Shown here in pieces: positions 8,443-16,140 of a stretch of DNA of 64,000 nucleotides (position 1 is the first letter of the stretch; each line of letters opens with the position of its first letter). A program made the translations under genes and the position numbers. The stretch lies in assembly GCA_012270995.1 (NCBI GenBank), contig JAAXHG010000122.1, positions 8,841 through 72,840 of the forward strand. Direction: 5' to 3'. The notes under the pieces were generated by a model. The model was not told where the DNA came from. It saw only the letters and a program-made list of their open reading frames with translations, and did no database searches. This stretch comes from Vicinamibacteraceae bacterium. Lineage in GTDB: Bacteria > Acidobacteriota > Thermoanaerobaculia > Multivoradales > Multivoraceae.

Positions 8443-8943
8443 ATGCCCGCTACCCACCACGCCTTCGACACCCCAATCGGCACCCTCCGTCTGGTGGGCG
8501 GCGAGGACTCGATCGACTGCATCGAGCTGCCGAACCGGGCGGCCGAGACGCCTGATCCGGCTTGGGCGCCCTCGAACGGAGGTCTCCCCGCGGCACTCGA
8601 GGAAGCGAAGCGGCAACTCGGCGAGTACTTCGACGGCAAGCGTCGGGAGTTCGACCTGCCGCTCGGCGCCGGTGGCACGGAGTTTCAGCAGCGGGTCTGG
8701 GCCGAACTGCGGCGCATTCCGTTCGGCGAAACGATCTCCTACGGCGAACTCGCGGCCAGGATCGGCAGTCCCTCCGGGTCGCGTGCGGTCGGCCAGGCGA
8801 ACGGCCGTAACCCGCTGCCGATCGTCGTGCCTTGCCACCGGGTCATCAGCCACGACGGGAAGCTCGGGGGATACGGCGGCGGCCTGCAGGTGAAGCAGGC
8901 GTTGCTTGATCTGGAGCGGCGAGGCATCGAAGGGATCGCTTGA
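8443..8943 (+). CDS. ogt: Methylated-DNA--protein-cysteine methyltransferase
   Basis: 166 aa. The active site is 'IVVPCHRVI' (PCHR). 'GETISYGELAARIGSPSGSRAVGQANGRNPLPI' is also present. Shine-Dalgarno AAGGAAGGAG at 8423-8433. Confidence 0.9.
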   Translation: MPATHHAFDTPIGTLRLVGGEDSIDCIELPNRAAETPDPAWAPSNGGLPAALEEAKRQLGEYFDGKRREFDLPLGAGGTEFQQRVWAELRRIPFGETISYGELAARIGSPSGSRAVGQANGRNPLPIVVPCHRVISHDGKLGGYGGGLQVKQALLDLERRGIEGIA

Positions 8944-9130
8944 GCCGGCTTGACGCCGGGAGGGTCCGACGCTGGCGCGCCGGACGCGGGCAGGATACCC
9001 GCTTCGCCATGAAGCCGCGTGGCGGCTGGGGGCTCAGGCCGGTGGTAAGCTGCGCGCCGCCGCTGCAATAACCGCCTGCGCCTTGGCGCCGGCGGAATCG
9101 GTTCCGAACAATCTCCCCCACCGGAGGTTC

Positions 9131-10501
9131 ATGATGCGTCGATGTATCTCTCCACTCGCCGCGCTCGGCGTGGCTTTCCTGGCTGCGGGCGCAGCCTTGG
9201 CCGCGCCGCCGTCCACGGACAACTGGCCTTCGTTCCGCGGCGCGGACGCGATGAGCGTCGCCGCCGACGACCCCCGTCTTCCGGATTCCTGGAGTACGGA
9301 AGAGAACGTGGTCTGGTCGGTGGAGGTTCCGGGTCTCGGCTGGTCCTCGCCGATCGTCCTGGGCGACCGCGTCTTCGTCACCACGGTTTGGAGCGAAGGC
9401 GAGGTCGAGGAACCGAAGAAGGGGCTCTATCTGGGCGGCAACCGGATGCAGCCGTCTTCGGACGTCCATCACTGGACGGTCTATTGCTTTGAGGTCGAGA
9501 CCGGGGAGAAGTGCTGGGAGCGCGAAGTTCTGGTCGGCTCGCCGGACTTCCCCCGGCATCTCAAGAACACCTACGCCTCGGAGACGCCGGTCACCGACGG
9601 TGAGCGGGTGTACGCCTACTTCGGCAACGTCGGCGTGTTCGCCTTCACGCTGGACGGCGAGCCCGTGTGGGAGCGCCGTTTCGAGGCGGTTCCGACCCGC
9701 TACGGCTGGGGCACCGCTGCGTCGCCCATCGTCCACGATGGACAGCTCTACATCGTGAACGACAACGAGGATCAGTCCTACATGCTGGCGCTCGACGCGG
9801 CGACCGGCGAGGAGCTCTGGCGGGATCCCCGCGACGAGGGCAGCAACTGGGCGACGCCCTTCGTCTGGGAGAACGAGTTGCGCACCGAGGTGATCACCGT
9901 AGGTACCGACCAGGTGCGTTCCTACGACAAGGAGGGCAACCTCCTGTGGCACTTCGGCGGCATGTCGTCGATTGCGATCCCGCAGCCTTTCTCGGAGTAC
10001 GGTCTGCTCTACGTGTCCTCGGGCTACATCGGCGATCGGATCCGTCCAGTGTACGCGATCAGGCCGGGCGCCGAAGGCGACATCACCCTGGAAGAGGATC
10101 AGCAGAGCAACCGGTGGGTGGTCTGGTACCAGCCCCAGGCTGGTTCCTACAACCCGACGCCGCTGATCTACCGCGACCGGTTCTATACCCTGCTCGACCG
10201 CGGGTTCTTCACGGCGCACGATCCGAAGACCGGCGCCGAGGTCTACGGCAAGCGGCGCATCGAGCGCGGTTCCGGTGCCTTCACGGCGTCGCCGTGGGCC
10301 TACAACGGCAAGGTGTTCGTGCTCAGTGAGGACGGCGATACCTTCGTCATCGCGGCCGGCGACGAGTTTGAGGTGGTGGGCAAGAACTCGCTCGACGAGA
10401 TGTGCATGTCGACGCCGGCGATCGCCGACGGCAGCCTCTACATCCGGACGCGCAGCAAGCTCTACCGGTTCACGAACCAGGGAGCGTCGGCCGGACCCTG
10501 A
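9131..10501 (+). CDS. Secreted PQQ-like beta-propeller repeat protein (BamB-like fold)
   Basis: ORF 9083-10501, with the start moved to ATG 9131 (GGAGG just upstream). The signal peptide reads 'MMRRCISPLAALGVAFLAAGAALAAP'. Repeated 'G..Y.....G.....d..tGe..W' blades are present (e.g. 'LDAATGEELWR', 'DPKTGAEVYG'). Confidence 0.75.
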   Translation: MMRRCISPLAALGVAFLAAGAALAAPPSTDNWPSFRGADAMSVAADDPRLPDSWSTEENVVWSVEVPGLGWSSPIVLGDRVFVTTVWSEGEVEEPKKGLYLGGNRMQPSSDVHHWTVYCFEVETGEKCWEREVLVGSPDFPRHLKNTYASETPVTDGERVYAYFGNVGVFAFTLDGEPVWERRFEAVPTRYGWGTAASPIVHDGQLYIVNDNEDQSYMLALDAATGEELWRDPRDEGSNWATPFVWENELRTEVITVGTDQVRSYDKEGNLLWHFGGMSSIAIPQPFSEYGLLYVSSGYIGDRIRPVYAIRPGAEGDITLEEDQQSNRWVVWYQPQAGSYNPTPLIYRDRFYTLLDRGFFTAHDPKTGAEVYGKRRIERGSGAFTASPWAYNGKVFVLSEDGDTFVIAAGDEFEVVGKNSLDEMCMSTPAIADGSLYIRTRSKLYRFTNQGASAGP

Positions 10502-11709
10502 TCGAAGGGTGTAGAGCGGCACGGGTCGCGGCGGCCGCATGGGTGCTGGCCGCCGGCGTCCTGCCGGCGGCCGCGGTCGACTTCGATGCGGTGGCGGACG
10601 TGTTCCGCCTCCGCTGCACCGGTTGCCACCATAGGGGTGGGCCGGCGCCGTTCGCGCTCGAGGACTTCGAGCAGGCCCGGGCCTGGTCGTCCTCGATCCG
10701 GCGCGCCGTCGCGTCGGGGCTGATGCCGCCGTGGCACGCCGACCCGCGCTACGGCGAGTTCAGCAACGACCGGCGCCTGCCGGCGGCGGAGAAGGAGAAG
10801 CTGCTGGCCTGGATCGACGGCGGTAGCCGTCCCGGGTCGGGGAGCGGCGCGGTGGCAGCCGCCTCTGGTCCGGACCGTTTACCTGGCTGGCGGATCGGCG
10901 CACCCGACCTGATCTACGAGTTGCCGGACGAGGTCACGATTCCGGCCTCGGGCGAGGTTCCGTACCACGGCTACCGCGTGGAGACGGAGCTTTCCGCCGA
11001 CATCTGGATTCAGGCGGCCGAAACGCAGCCGGGCAACGCCTCGGTCGTTCACCACGTGATCGTGCAGGCGTTCCCGGGCTCCCCTGGAGCGCCGGTGCCC
11101 GGGGGCGGCGATCCGCGCACCGCGGGCGATCTGGGCGGGTATGCGCCGGGCACCGGCCCCCTGGTCATGCCGCCGGGTGTGGGTCGCCGGCTTCCCGCCG
11201 GCGCGGTGATCGACTTCCAGATGCACTACACGCCGACCGGCCGGGTGGAGACCGACCGCAGCCGGATCGGCCTGCTGCTCGCTGTCGAGCCGCCCCGCTA
11301 CGAGTCGCGCACCGCCCTCTGCTCGACTCCCTTCCTGTTCATCCCGGCCGGGGAGAAGGATGTGCGTTTCGAGGCGGAACTCCCGTTCCCGCGGGACAGC
11401 CGCCTGCTTTCGCTGCGGCCGCACATGCATCTGCGCGGCGATACCTTCGAGTTCCGGGCCGCGTACCCGGATGGACGCTCCGAGATCCTGCTGCGCGTCG
11501 ACGGCTACGACTTCAACTGGCAGACGACCTACCGTCTGGCGGAGCCGAAACCCATGCCCGCGGGCACGACGCTGCACTGTGTGGCCACCTACGACAACAG
11601 CAGCGGCAACCCCGGCAACCCGGACCCGACCCGCGACGTCTCGTGGGGCCGGGAGACGACGGACGAGATGATGATCGGCTTCGTCGACTACTACGAGCTG
11701 GACGAGTAG
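10402..11709 (+). CDS. CxxCH-motif protein with a copper type II monooxygenase-like C-terminal domain (putative)
   Basis: It carries a 'CTGCHH' haem-c-type motif, 'MPPWHADPRYGEFSNDRRL', 'HHVIV' and 'HMHLRG'. The true start is unclear: there is no ATG after 10402, and it probably begins near 10500 after the previous stop. Confidence 0.45.
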   Translation: MHVDAGDRRRQPLHPDAQQALPVHEPGSVGRTLIEGCRAARVAAAAWVLAAGVLPAAAVDFDAVADVFRLRCTGCHHRGGPAPFALEDFEQARAWSSSIRRAVASGLMPPWHADPRYGEFSNDRRLPAAEKEKLLAWIDGGSRPGSGSGAVAAASGPDRLPGWRIGAPDLIYELPDEVTIPASGEVPYHGYRVETELSADIWIQAAETQPGNASVVHHVIVQAFPGSPGAPVPGGGDPRTAGDLGGYAPGTGPLVMPPGVGRRLPAGAVIDFQMHYTPTGRVETDRSRIGLLLAVEPPRYESRTALCSTPFLFIPAGEKDVRFEAELPFPRDSRLLSLRPHMHLRGDTFEFRAAYPDGRSEILLRVDGYDFNWQTTYRLAEPKPMPAGTTLHCVATYDNSSGNPGNPDPTRDVSWGRETTDEMMIGFVDYYELDE

Positions 11710-11717
11710 GGGGGATC

Positions 11718-12968
11718 TCAGCCGGAGGGGTTCCACTCGCCGCGGGCGACCGCGGGCACGAACTCGTCGAGACCCTCGGGCGGATAGTCGACGGCCCGAC
11801 CCAGCTCAGCGCTCATGTAGGCGGCCATCAGCAGGCGGGTCACCTCCAGGCCGTCGTCGAAGGTCTCGCGCGGCCGCTTGCCGCGGCGGAAGCTGTCGAC
11901 CATGTGCCGGTTCTCGGCGTCGTAGCCGTAGGCCACGGGCTCGTTCGCGAGCACCGGCATCAGTCCCATCTCCGCGTTCTGCTTCTCGACCAGGTCCTCG
12001 CCGCTTCGCTGCTCCAGGTCGCGACTGAAGAAGAGTTCGAGGTCCGTGTCGAGACTGTTGGCCCGCATCGAGTATTCGGGGCCGAGCAGCTCCATCGACA
12101 GCCGCAGGCCGGCGCCCACGTAGCTCCAGGAGGTCGTCGCCTCGACCACGAGGGGCGTTCCGGCATCGTCTTCGTACTCGACCATGGCGCGGGCGAAGTC
12201 CTCCGCCGGCCGGCGGGCGTAGTCGACCGCGTCGCCGTACTGCCTACTCAGGCGTTCGGCGTACTCCGGCCGCTGCCACTTGAGACAGTGGATCTGGGCG
12301 TGGACACGCTTCGGCGTCAGACTGCTTCTCGGCTTGTGCGGGTCGGTGAGCAGGAAGCGCGCCGCCTCCACCGAGTGGCACATCATGTCGTTGAGCACGC
12401 CGCCGCCCTGCAGGTCGCCGCGCCAGAACCAGGCGTTGTGCGGGCCGGAGTGCTCCTCGGCCGCGCGGGCCAGGTAGGGGCGGCCGGCGGCGCTGGCTCC
12501 GCGTTGCCAGGCGAGCTCACGGCCGCGCACCACGGCGGGACTGAAGACCTGGTTCTCCAGGTAGCCGTCGAGGACCTCGATCTCGCGCGCAAGCTCGACC
12601 ATGCGGAGCGCTTCGGCGGCGTTGCGCGCGAGCGGCTTCTCGCAGGCTATGCCGACGAGGCCGCCGCGGCCGCTTCGTACCACGTCCGCGATCTCCTCCA
12701 TGTTCGCGACCCGTTGGTCGTTGCGGCCGCAGATCCAGATCGCGTCCACGACTTCGTCCTCGACCATCGCTGCGATCGACGGGTACGCCCGAGCTTGGCC
12801 GACGTCGAGTTCGTTCGCGAGAGCCGCCGCCGACTCGGCGCTGGACCCGGTGGGGCTCCAGACGCCCCGAATGTCGGCGCCCCGCACTGCTGTCCAGGAA
12901 CGGATGTGGAAGCGGGTGATGAAGCCGCTGCCGACGAAACCGATGCCGAGGGGAAGCCGGTTCGGCAC
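11718..12968 (-). CDS. Gfo/Idh/MocA family oxidoreductase
   Basis: 416 aa with an N-terminal Rossmann segment 'LGIGFVGSGFITRFHIRSW', which is typical of the family. Confidence 0.8.
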   Translation of the reverse strand: MPNRLPLGIGFVGSGFITRFHIRSWTAVRGADIRGVWSPTGSSAESAAALANELDVGQARAYPSIAAMVEDEVVDAIWICGRNDQRVANMEEIADVVRSGRGGLVGIACEKPLARNAAEALRMVELAREIEVLDGYLENQVFSPAVVRGRELAWQRGASAAGRPYLARAAEEHSGPHNAWFWRGDLQGGGVLNDMMCHSVEAARFLLTDPHKPRSSLTPKRVHAQIHCLKWQRPEYAERLSRQYGDAVDYARRPAEDFARAMVEYEDDAGTPLVVEATTSWSYVGAGLRLSMELLGPEYSMRANSLDTDLELFFSRDLEQRSGEDLVEKQNAEMGLMPVLANEPVAYGYDAENRHMVDSFRRGKRPRETFDDGLEVTRLLMAAYMSAELGRAVDYPPEGLDEFVPAVARGEWNPSG

Positions 12969-13364
12969 CTAGTCTCTCAGGTCCCTGGCCTGCGCGATCC
13001 AGCGTTCGACCATGGGAGCGGAGGGAGCTCGGCGGCTCAGCGTTCGGTCCGCGTTGACCGTGCTCATCTTGGCGGCCAGGTTGAAGGCGCGGCGGCGGCT
13101 CAGGTCGCGCACCGTGCGCACTCCCGACGCGCCGAGCAGCTCGGCGAAGTCTGCGCCGATGCCGCGAATGCGCATCAGGTCGGCCATGTTGACGAACCTT
13201 CGAAGCTGCCGCTCGGGCAGGCCGGTGCGCTCGGACAGCAGACGGCGTGCCCTGCGGCCGTTGCTGGCGGCGAGGAGCGCGTCGGTGGTCCGGATGTCCG
13301 CGGTGGCGAGTTTCTTGGCGACGACGGGACCTACGCCAGCGATCTTTCGGACGCCGTAGGTCAT
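12969..13364 (-). CDS. DUF4332-like helix-hairpin-helix protein
   Basis: 131 aa with two HhH-like repeats ('IAGVGPVVAKKLATADIRTTDALL', 'IRGIGADFAELLGASGVRTVRDL'). Its stop abuts the start of the next gene (12968/12969). Confidence 0.55.
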   Translation of the reverse strand: MTYGVRKIAGVGPVVAKKLATADIRTTDALLAASNGRRARRLLSERTGLPERQLRRFVNMADLMRIRGIGADFAELLGASGVRTVRDLSRRRAFNLAAKMSTVNADRTLSRRAPSAPMVERWIAQARDLRD

Positions 13365-13377
13365 CCCCCCGGGGCGC

Positions 13378-14118
13378 CTATTCGCTGCCTTCGAAGATCA
13401 GGTCGAGGCCTTCCACGTCGCCGCTTACCTCGACCTCGACCACCCGCTCGCCCAGCTTCTCGTGCCAGAAGACGAGTTCATGCGAACCGGCGGGCAAGCC
13501 GTCGATCCGGTACACGCCCTCGCTTCCCGTGGTCGAGTGGAAGGAGTGTTCCATTACGAACACGTAGGCAGCCATCCACGGATGGACGTCGCACTTCACC
13601 TTGATCGGCTTCTCGGCTGCCCGGAACGACTTGATCCTCGTGCCCCGCGCCGGCTGGCCGATGTTGAACGGCCGATTGGCTCTGGCCAGAGCCCGCACGT
13701 TGTGAAGCGTGGGATCGTCGTTGACGATCTCGATGTCCTGCTGGACGCGGACACCGAGAATCCGGGGTGTATAGAGGCAGCCGCGCTGCTCCAGGCGGAC
13801 CGCTTCGGCCGGCGGGTCGTCTGCCGTGCCCTCGGGTGCCTCCTTAAGGTAGACGAAGACGTTCTCGATCGCGCCATCCTCTCCGATCAGGCTGTCGCGC
13901 GAGAGGACCCGTTTGTCGCCGTAGATCTGTTCGCAGTTCGGATCGGCGTCCATGCGCAGCGGGTAGCGCTTGAGCGGCTCTCCTTCGTACGTGACCGTGC
14001 CGCTGATGCTGAAGCTCTCGGCTTCCGCCGCCGGTACGGCGCCGGCGAGAAGAGAGGCGACGGCGAGGGCCGCGGCGGGGATCGACGTGCGCTTGCAGGC
14101 GGAGGGGATGCGCGGCAT
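13378..14118 (-). CDS. Secreted cupredoxin-like (putative copper-binding) protein
   Basis: The start was moved to ATG 14118 so that it no longer overlaps rpsD. The signal peptide reads 'MPRIPSACKRTSIPAAALAVASLLAGAVPAAEA'. Candidate type-1 copper ligands are 'TLHNV' and 'KCDVHPWM' (H, C, H, M). Confidence 0.45.
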   Translation of the reverse strand: MPRIPSACKRTSIPAAALAVASLLAGAVPAAEAESFSISGTVTYEGEPLKRYPLRMDADPNCEQIYGDKRVLSRDSLIGEDGAIENVFVYLKEAPEGTADDPPAEAVRLEQRGCLYTPRILGVRVQQDIEIVNDDPTLHNVRALARANRPFNIGQPARGTRIKSFRAAEKPIKVKCDVHPWMAAYVFVMEHSFHSTTGSEGVYRIDGLPAGSHELVFWHEKLGERVVEVEVSGDVEGLDLIFEGSE

Positions 14119-14126
14119 GTTCGGCC

Positions 14127-14720
14127 TCAGCGGGAGTAGTACTCGATGACGAGAGGCACTTCGCACACGATCGGGACCTCGTCCCGAACCGGTGTGCTGC
14201 GAAGCGTCGCCTGATAGCCCGTTTCGTCGGTCTCGACGTAGGTGGGTACCGTCACGCCGCGGGGCTCGTTGAAGCAGCGGAGCTTGCGGCTCGTTTCGCG
14301 TACCTCGACGACGTCGCCCTCCTTGACCCGGAACGACGGGATGTTCACCCGGCGGCCGTTGACCAGGATGTGACCGTGGCCGACGAACTGGCGAGCGGCG
14401 AACACGCTGGGGGCGAAGGCGCGGTGGACGATCGCGTCGAGCCGGGTCTCAAGCAGCCCGACGAGATTGTCGCCGGTCACGCCCCTCATCCGGGTCGCGC
14501 GCTTGTAGTAGTTGCGGAGCTGGCGCTCGCTGACGTTGTACTGGAAGCGCAACCGCTGCTTCTCGAGCAACTGCCGACCGTAGTTGCTCTGGCGCCGGCG
14601 CCGCTTCAGGCCGTGCATGCCTGGAGGATGGCTCTTTTTCTCCATGTAGCGTGCCGCCTTGGACGTCAGGGCGACGCCCAGCTTCCGCGACAGCTTGACC
14701 TTGGGCCCGTTGAACTTCAC
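14127..14720 (-). CDS. rpsD: 30S ribosomal protein S4
   Basis: 197 aa, unmistakably S4 ('KLSRKLGV', 'YGRQLLEKQRLRFQYNVSERQLRNYY', S4 RNA-binding domain 'LETRLDAIVHRAFAPSVFAARQFVGHGHILVNGRRVNIPSFRV'). GTG start with GGAGA 7 nt upstream. Confidence 0.95.
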   Translation of the reverse strand: MKFNGPKVKLSRKLGVALTSKAARYMEKKSHPPGMHGLKRRRRQSNYGRQLLEKQRLRFQYNVSERQLRNYYKRATRMRGVTGDNLVGLLETRLDAIVHRAFAPSVFAARQFVGHGHILVNGRRVNIPSFRVKEGDVVEVRETSRKLRCFNEPRGVTVPTYVETDETGYQATLRSTPVRDEVPIVCEVPLVIEYYSR

Positions 14721-14863
14721 CTGTTTCTCCGATTTCCTGTTTTCTTCGCCGACCGACGGGCGTGGAGGCGGCGAGCCGATCAGTCTGCCGAGATCGCGTC
14801 CGACCGGCGCGTCTACCGTTTCGACTGTTCCTGGGGCCCGCTACCGCCGTCGAGCGGACGCGC

Positions 14864-14892
14864 ATTGTAGCAGCGAGAGCTTTCAGACCCAA
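14864..14892 (-). promoter_or_regulatory. Candidate sigma70-type promoter for rpsD
   Basis: On the minus strand the sequence reads TTGGGT-N17-TACAAT (-35 at 14887-14892, -10 at 14864-14869). This would give a leader of about 135 nt before the GTG at 14720. Confidence 0.4.
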
Positions 14893-14961
14893 GTGGGCGA
14901 AGGGTCCCGTTTCTTAGTCCCCCTGCCTGGCAACGGCCGGGCCGGCGGGTCCTCGAACCCG

Positions 14962-15023
14962 GGTGGCGCGACCAGCGCCAGCCGTGAACCAGTCCGTGCG
15001 CCCGTCATCGGGCGCACGGATGG
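14962..15023. repeat. Two-hairpin intergenic repeat (family B), copy 1
   Basis: A short hairpin TGGCGC-gacca-GCGCCA is followed by a strong hairpin TCCGTGCGCCC-GTCATC-GGGCGCACGGA (14993-15020) and then TGG. It is homologous in sequence and layout to 44646-44708. The loop contains the stop codon of the radical-SAM gene. Confidence 0.7.
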
Positions 15024-16078
15024 AACAGGGTTCTCTGGGGAGATCGACGGCGGAACGCGGCTGCTGACGGGCTTCCTGTGCGGCCCCCGTCGAGACCGAA
15101 ACGGCGACGCGAGGTCTCGAACAGCCGGCCGATCTGATCGGCGTACTCTCCGCCGCCCTTCATGCGGTGGTGGAATCGGGGATCGTTGAGGTCGCCGCCG
15201 CGGGCCTCGCGCAGGCGGTTCAGGACTCGATCCTTACGGTCGGGGAAGTGCGTGCCGAGCCAGTCCGCGAAGAGTTCTCGAAGCCCGTGCGGCAGGCGGA
15301 CCAGGATGTAGCCCGCGCGCCGCGCTCCGGCCTCGGCCGCCGCTTCCAGGATGGCGGGGATCTGATCGTCGTTCAGGCCGGGGATGATGGGTGCAGCCAT
15401 GACGCCGCAGGGAATGCCGGCTTCGCTCAGTTGGCGTACCGCGTCCAGGCGCCGCCTTGGGCTCGAAGCCCTCGGCTCCATGCGGGCAGAAAGCGACGGC
15501 GACACCGACGTGATCGACAGGTAGACGCCGCAGGCCTGGAACCGGTTGAGTTCGAGGAGCAGGTCGAGATCGCGCGTCACCAGGTGGTTCTTCGTCACGA
15601 TCGCTACCGGGTTGCGGAACTCGGCCAGGACCTCCAGGCAGCGGCGCGTGACGCGGAGTTGCCGCTCGATCGGCTGGTAGGGGTCGGTGACGCCGGAGAA
15701 CATGATGACCTGGGGCGTCCAGCGGGGACTCAGGAGAGCCTGCCTCAGCAGTTCGGGCGCCTTTTCCTTGACCAGGATCCGGCTCTCGAAGTCGAGCCCG
15801 GCGGAGAAGCCGAGATACTCGTGGGTAGGCCGGGCATAGCAGTAGATGCAGCCGTGTTCGCAGCCGCGGTAGGGGTTGAGGCTGTACTGGAAGCCGATGT
15901 CCGGTGAGTCGTTGCGCGACAGGATCGTCTTCGAATCGTCGCGGAACAGTTCGGTCTTCGGCGCGTCCCCCCGTTCGGCGGTGCTCTCGCCTGGCTCGAA
16001 GTCGATGTCGATGCGCTCGAAGCGGTTTCTCGGGTTGGCGGCGGCGCCGCGGCCGCGTACGGAACCGGGTGACGACAT
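15005..16078 (-). CDS. Radical SAM protein (PA0069/SplB-like family)
   Basis: ORF 15005-17371, with the start moved to ATG 16078 ('MSSPGSVRGRGAAANPRNRFE..'). The radical-SAM cluster motif is 'CEHGCIYCYA'. The upstream 430 codons are Arg/Gly/Pro shadow lying over selD. Confidence 0.8.
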   Translation of the reverse strand: MSSPGSVRGRGAAANPRNRFERIDIDFEPGESTAERGDAPKTELFRDDSKTILSRNDSPDIGFQYSLNPYRGCEHGCIYCYARPTHEYLGFSAGLDFESRILVKEKAPELLRQALLSPRWTPQVIMFSGVTDPYQPIERQLRVTRRCLEVLAEFRNPVAIVTKNHLVTRDLDLLLELNRFQACGVYLSITSVSPSLSARMEPRASSPRRRLDAVRQLSEAGIPCGVMAAPIIPGLNDDQIPAILEAAAEAGARRAGYILVRLPHGLRELFADWLGTHFPDRKDRVLNRLREARGGDLNDPRFHHRMKGGGEYADQIGRLFETSRRRFGLDGGRTGSPSAAAFRRRSPQRTLFHPCAR

Positions 16079-16140
16079 ACGGTCGACCGTATCACGACTT
16101 ACGCCCGATTTTCGGCTTCCTGGCCGGGCTTGAGACGGCT

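Noticed and set aside
8945-8959. Small hairpin CCGGC-ttgac-GCCGG immediately after the ogt stop, considered as a possible terminator.
   Set aside because: The stem is only 5 bp and there is no U-tract, which makes it indistinguishable from background in this GC-rich sequence.
14945-14985. tRNA-like T-arm string on the minus strand (..CCGGGTTCGAGGACCCG..) that could mark a tRNA or an att-site remnant.
   Set aside because: I could not draw a 5-bp T-stem with a 7-nt loop. No D-arm, anticodon arm or acceptor stem could be built around it. It is part of the family B hairpin repeat.
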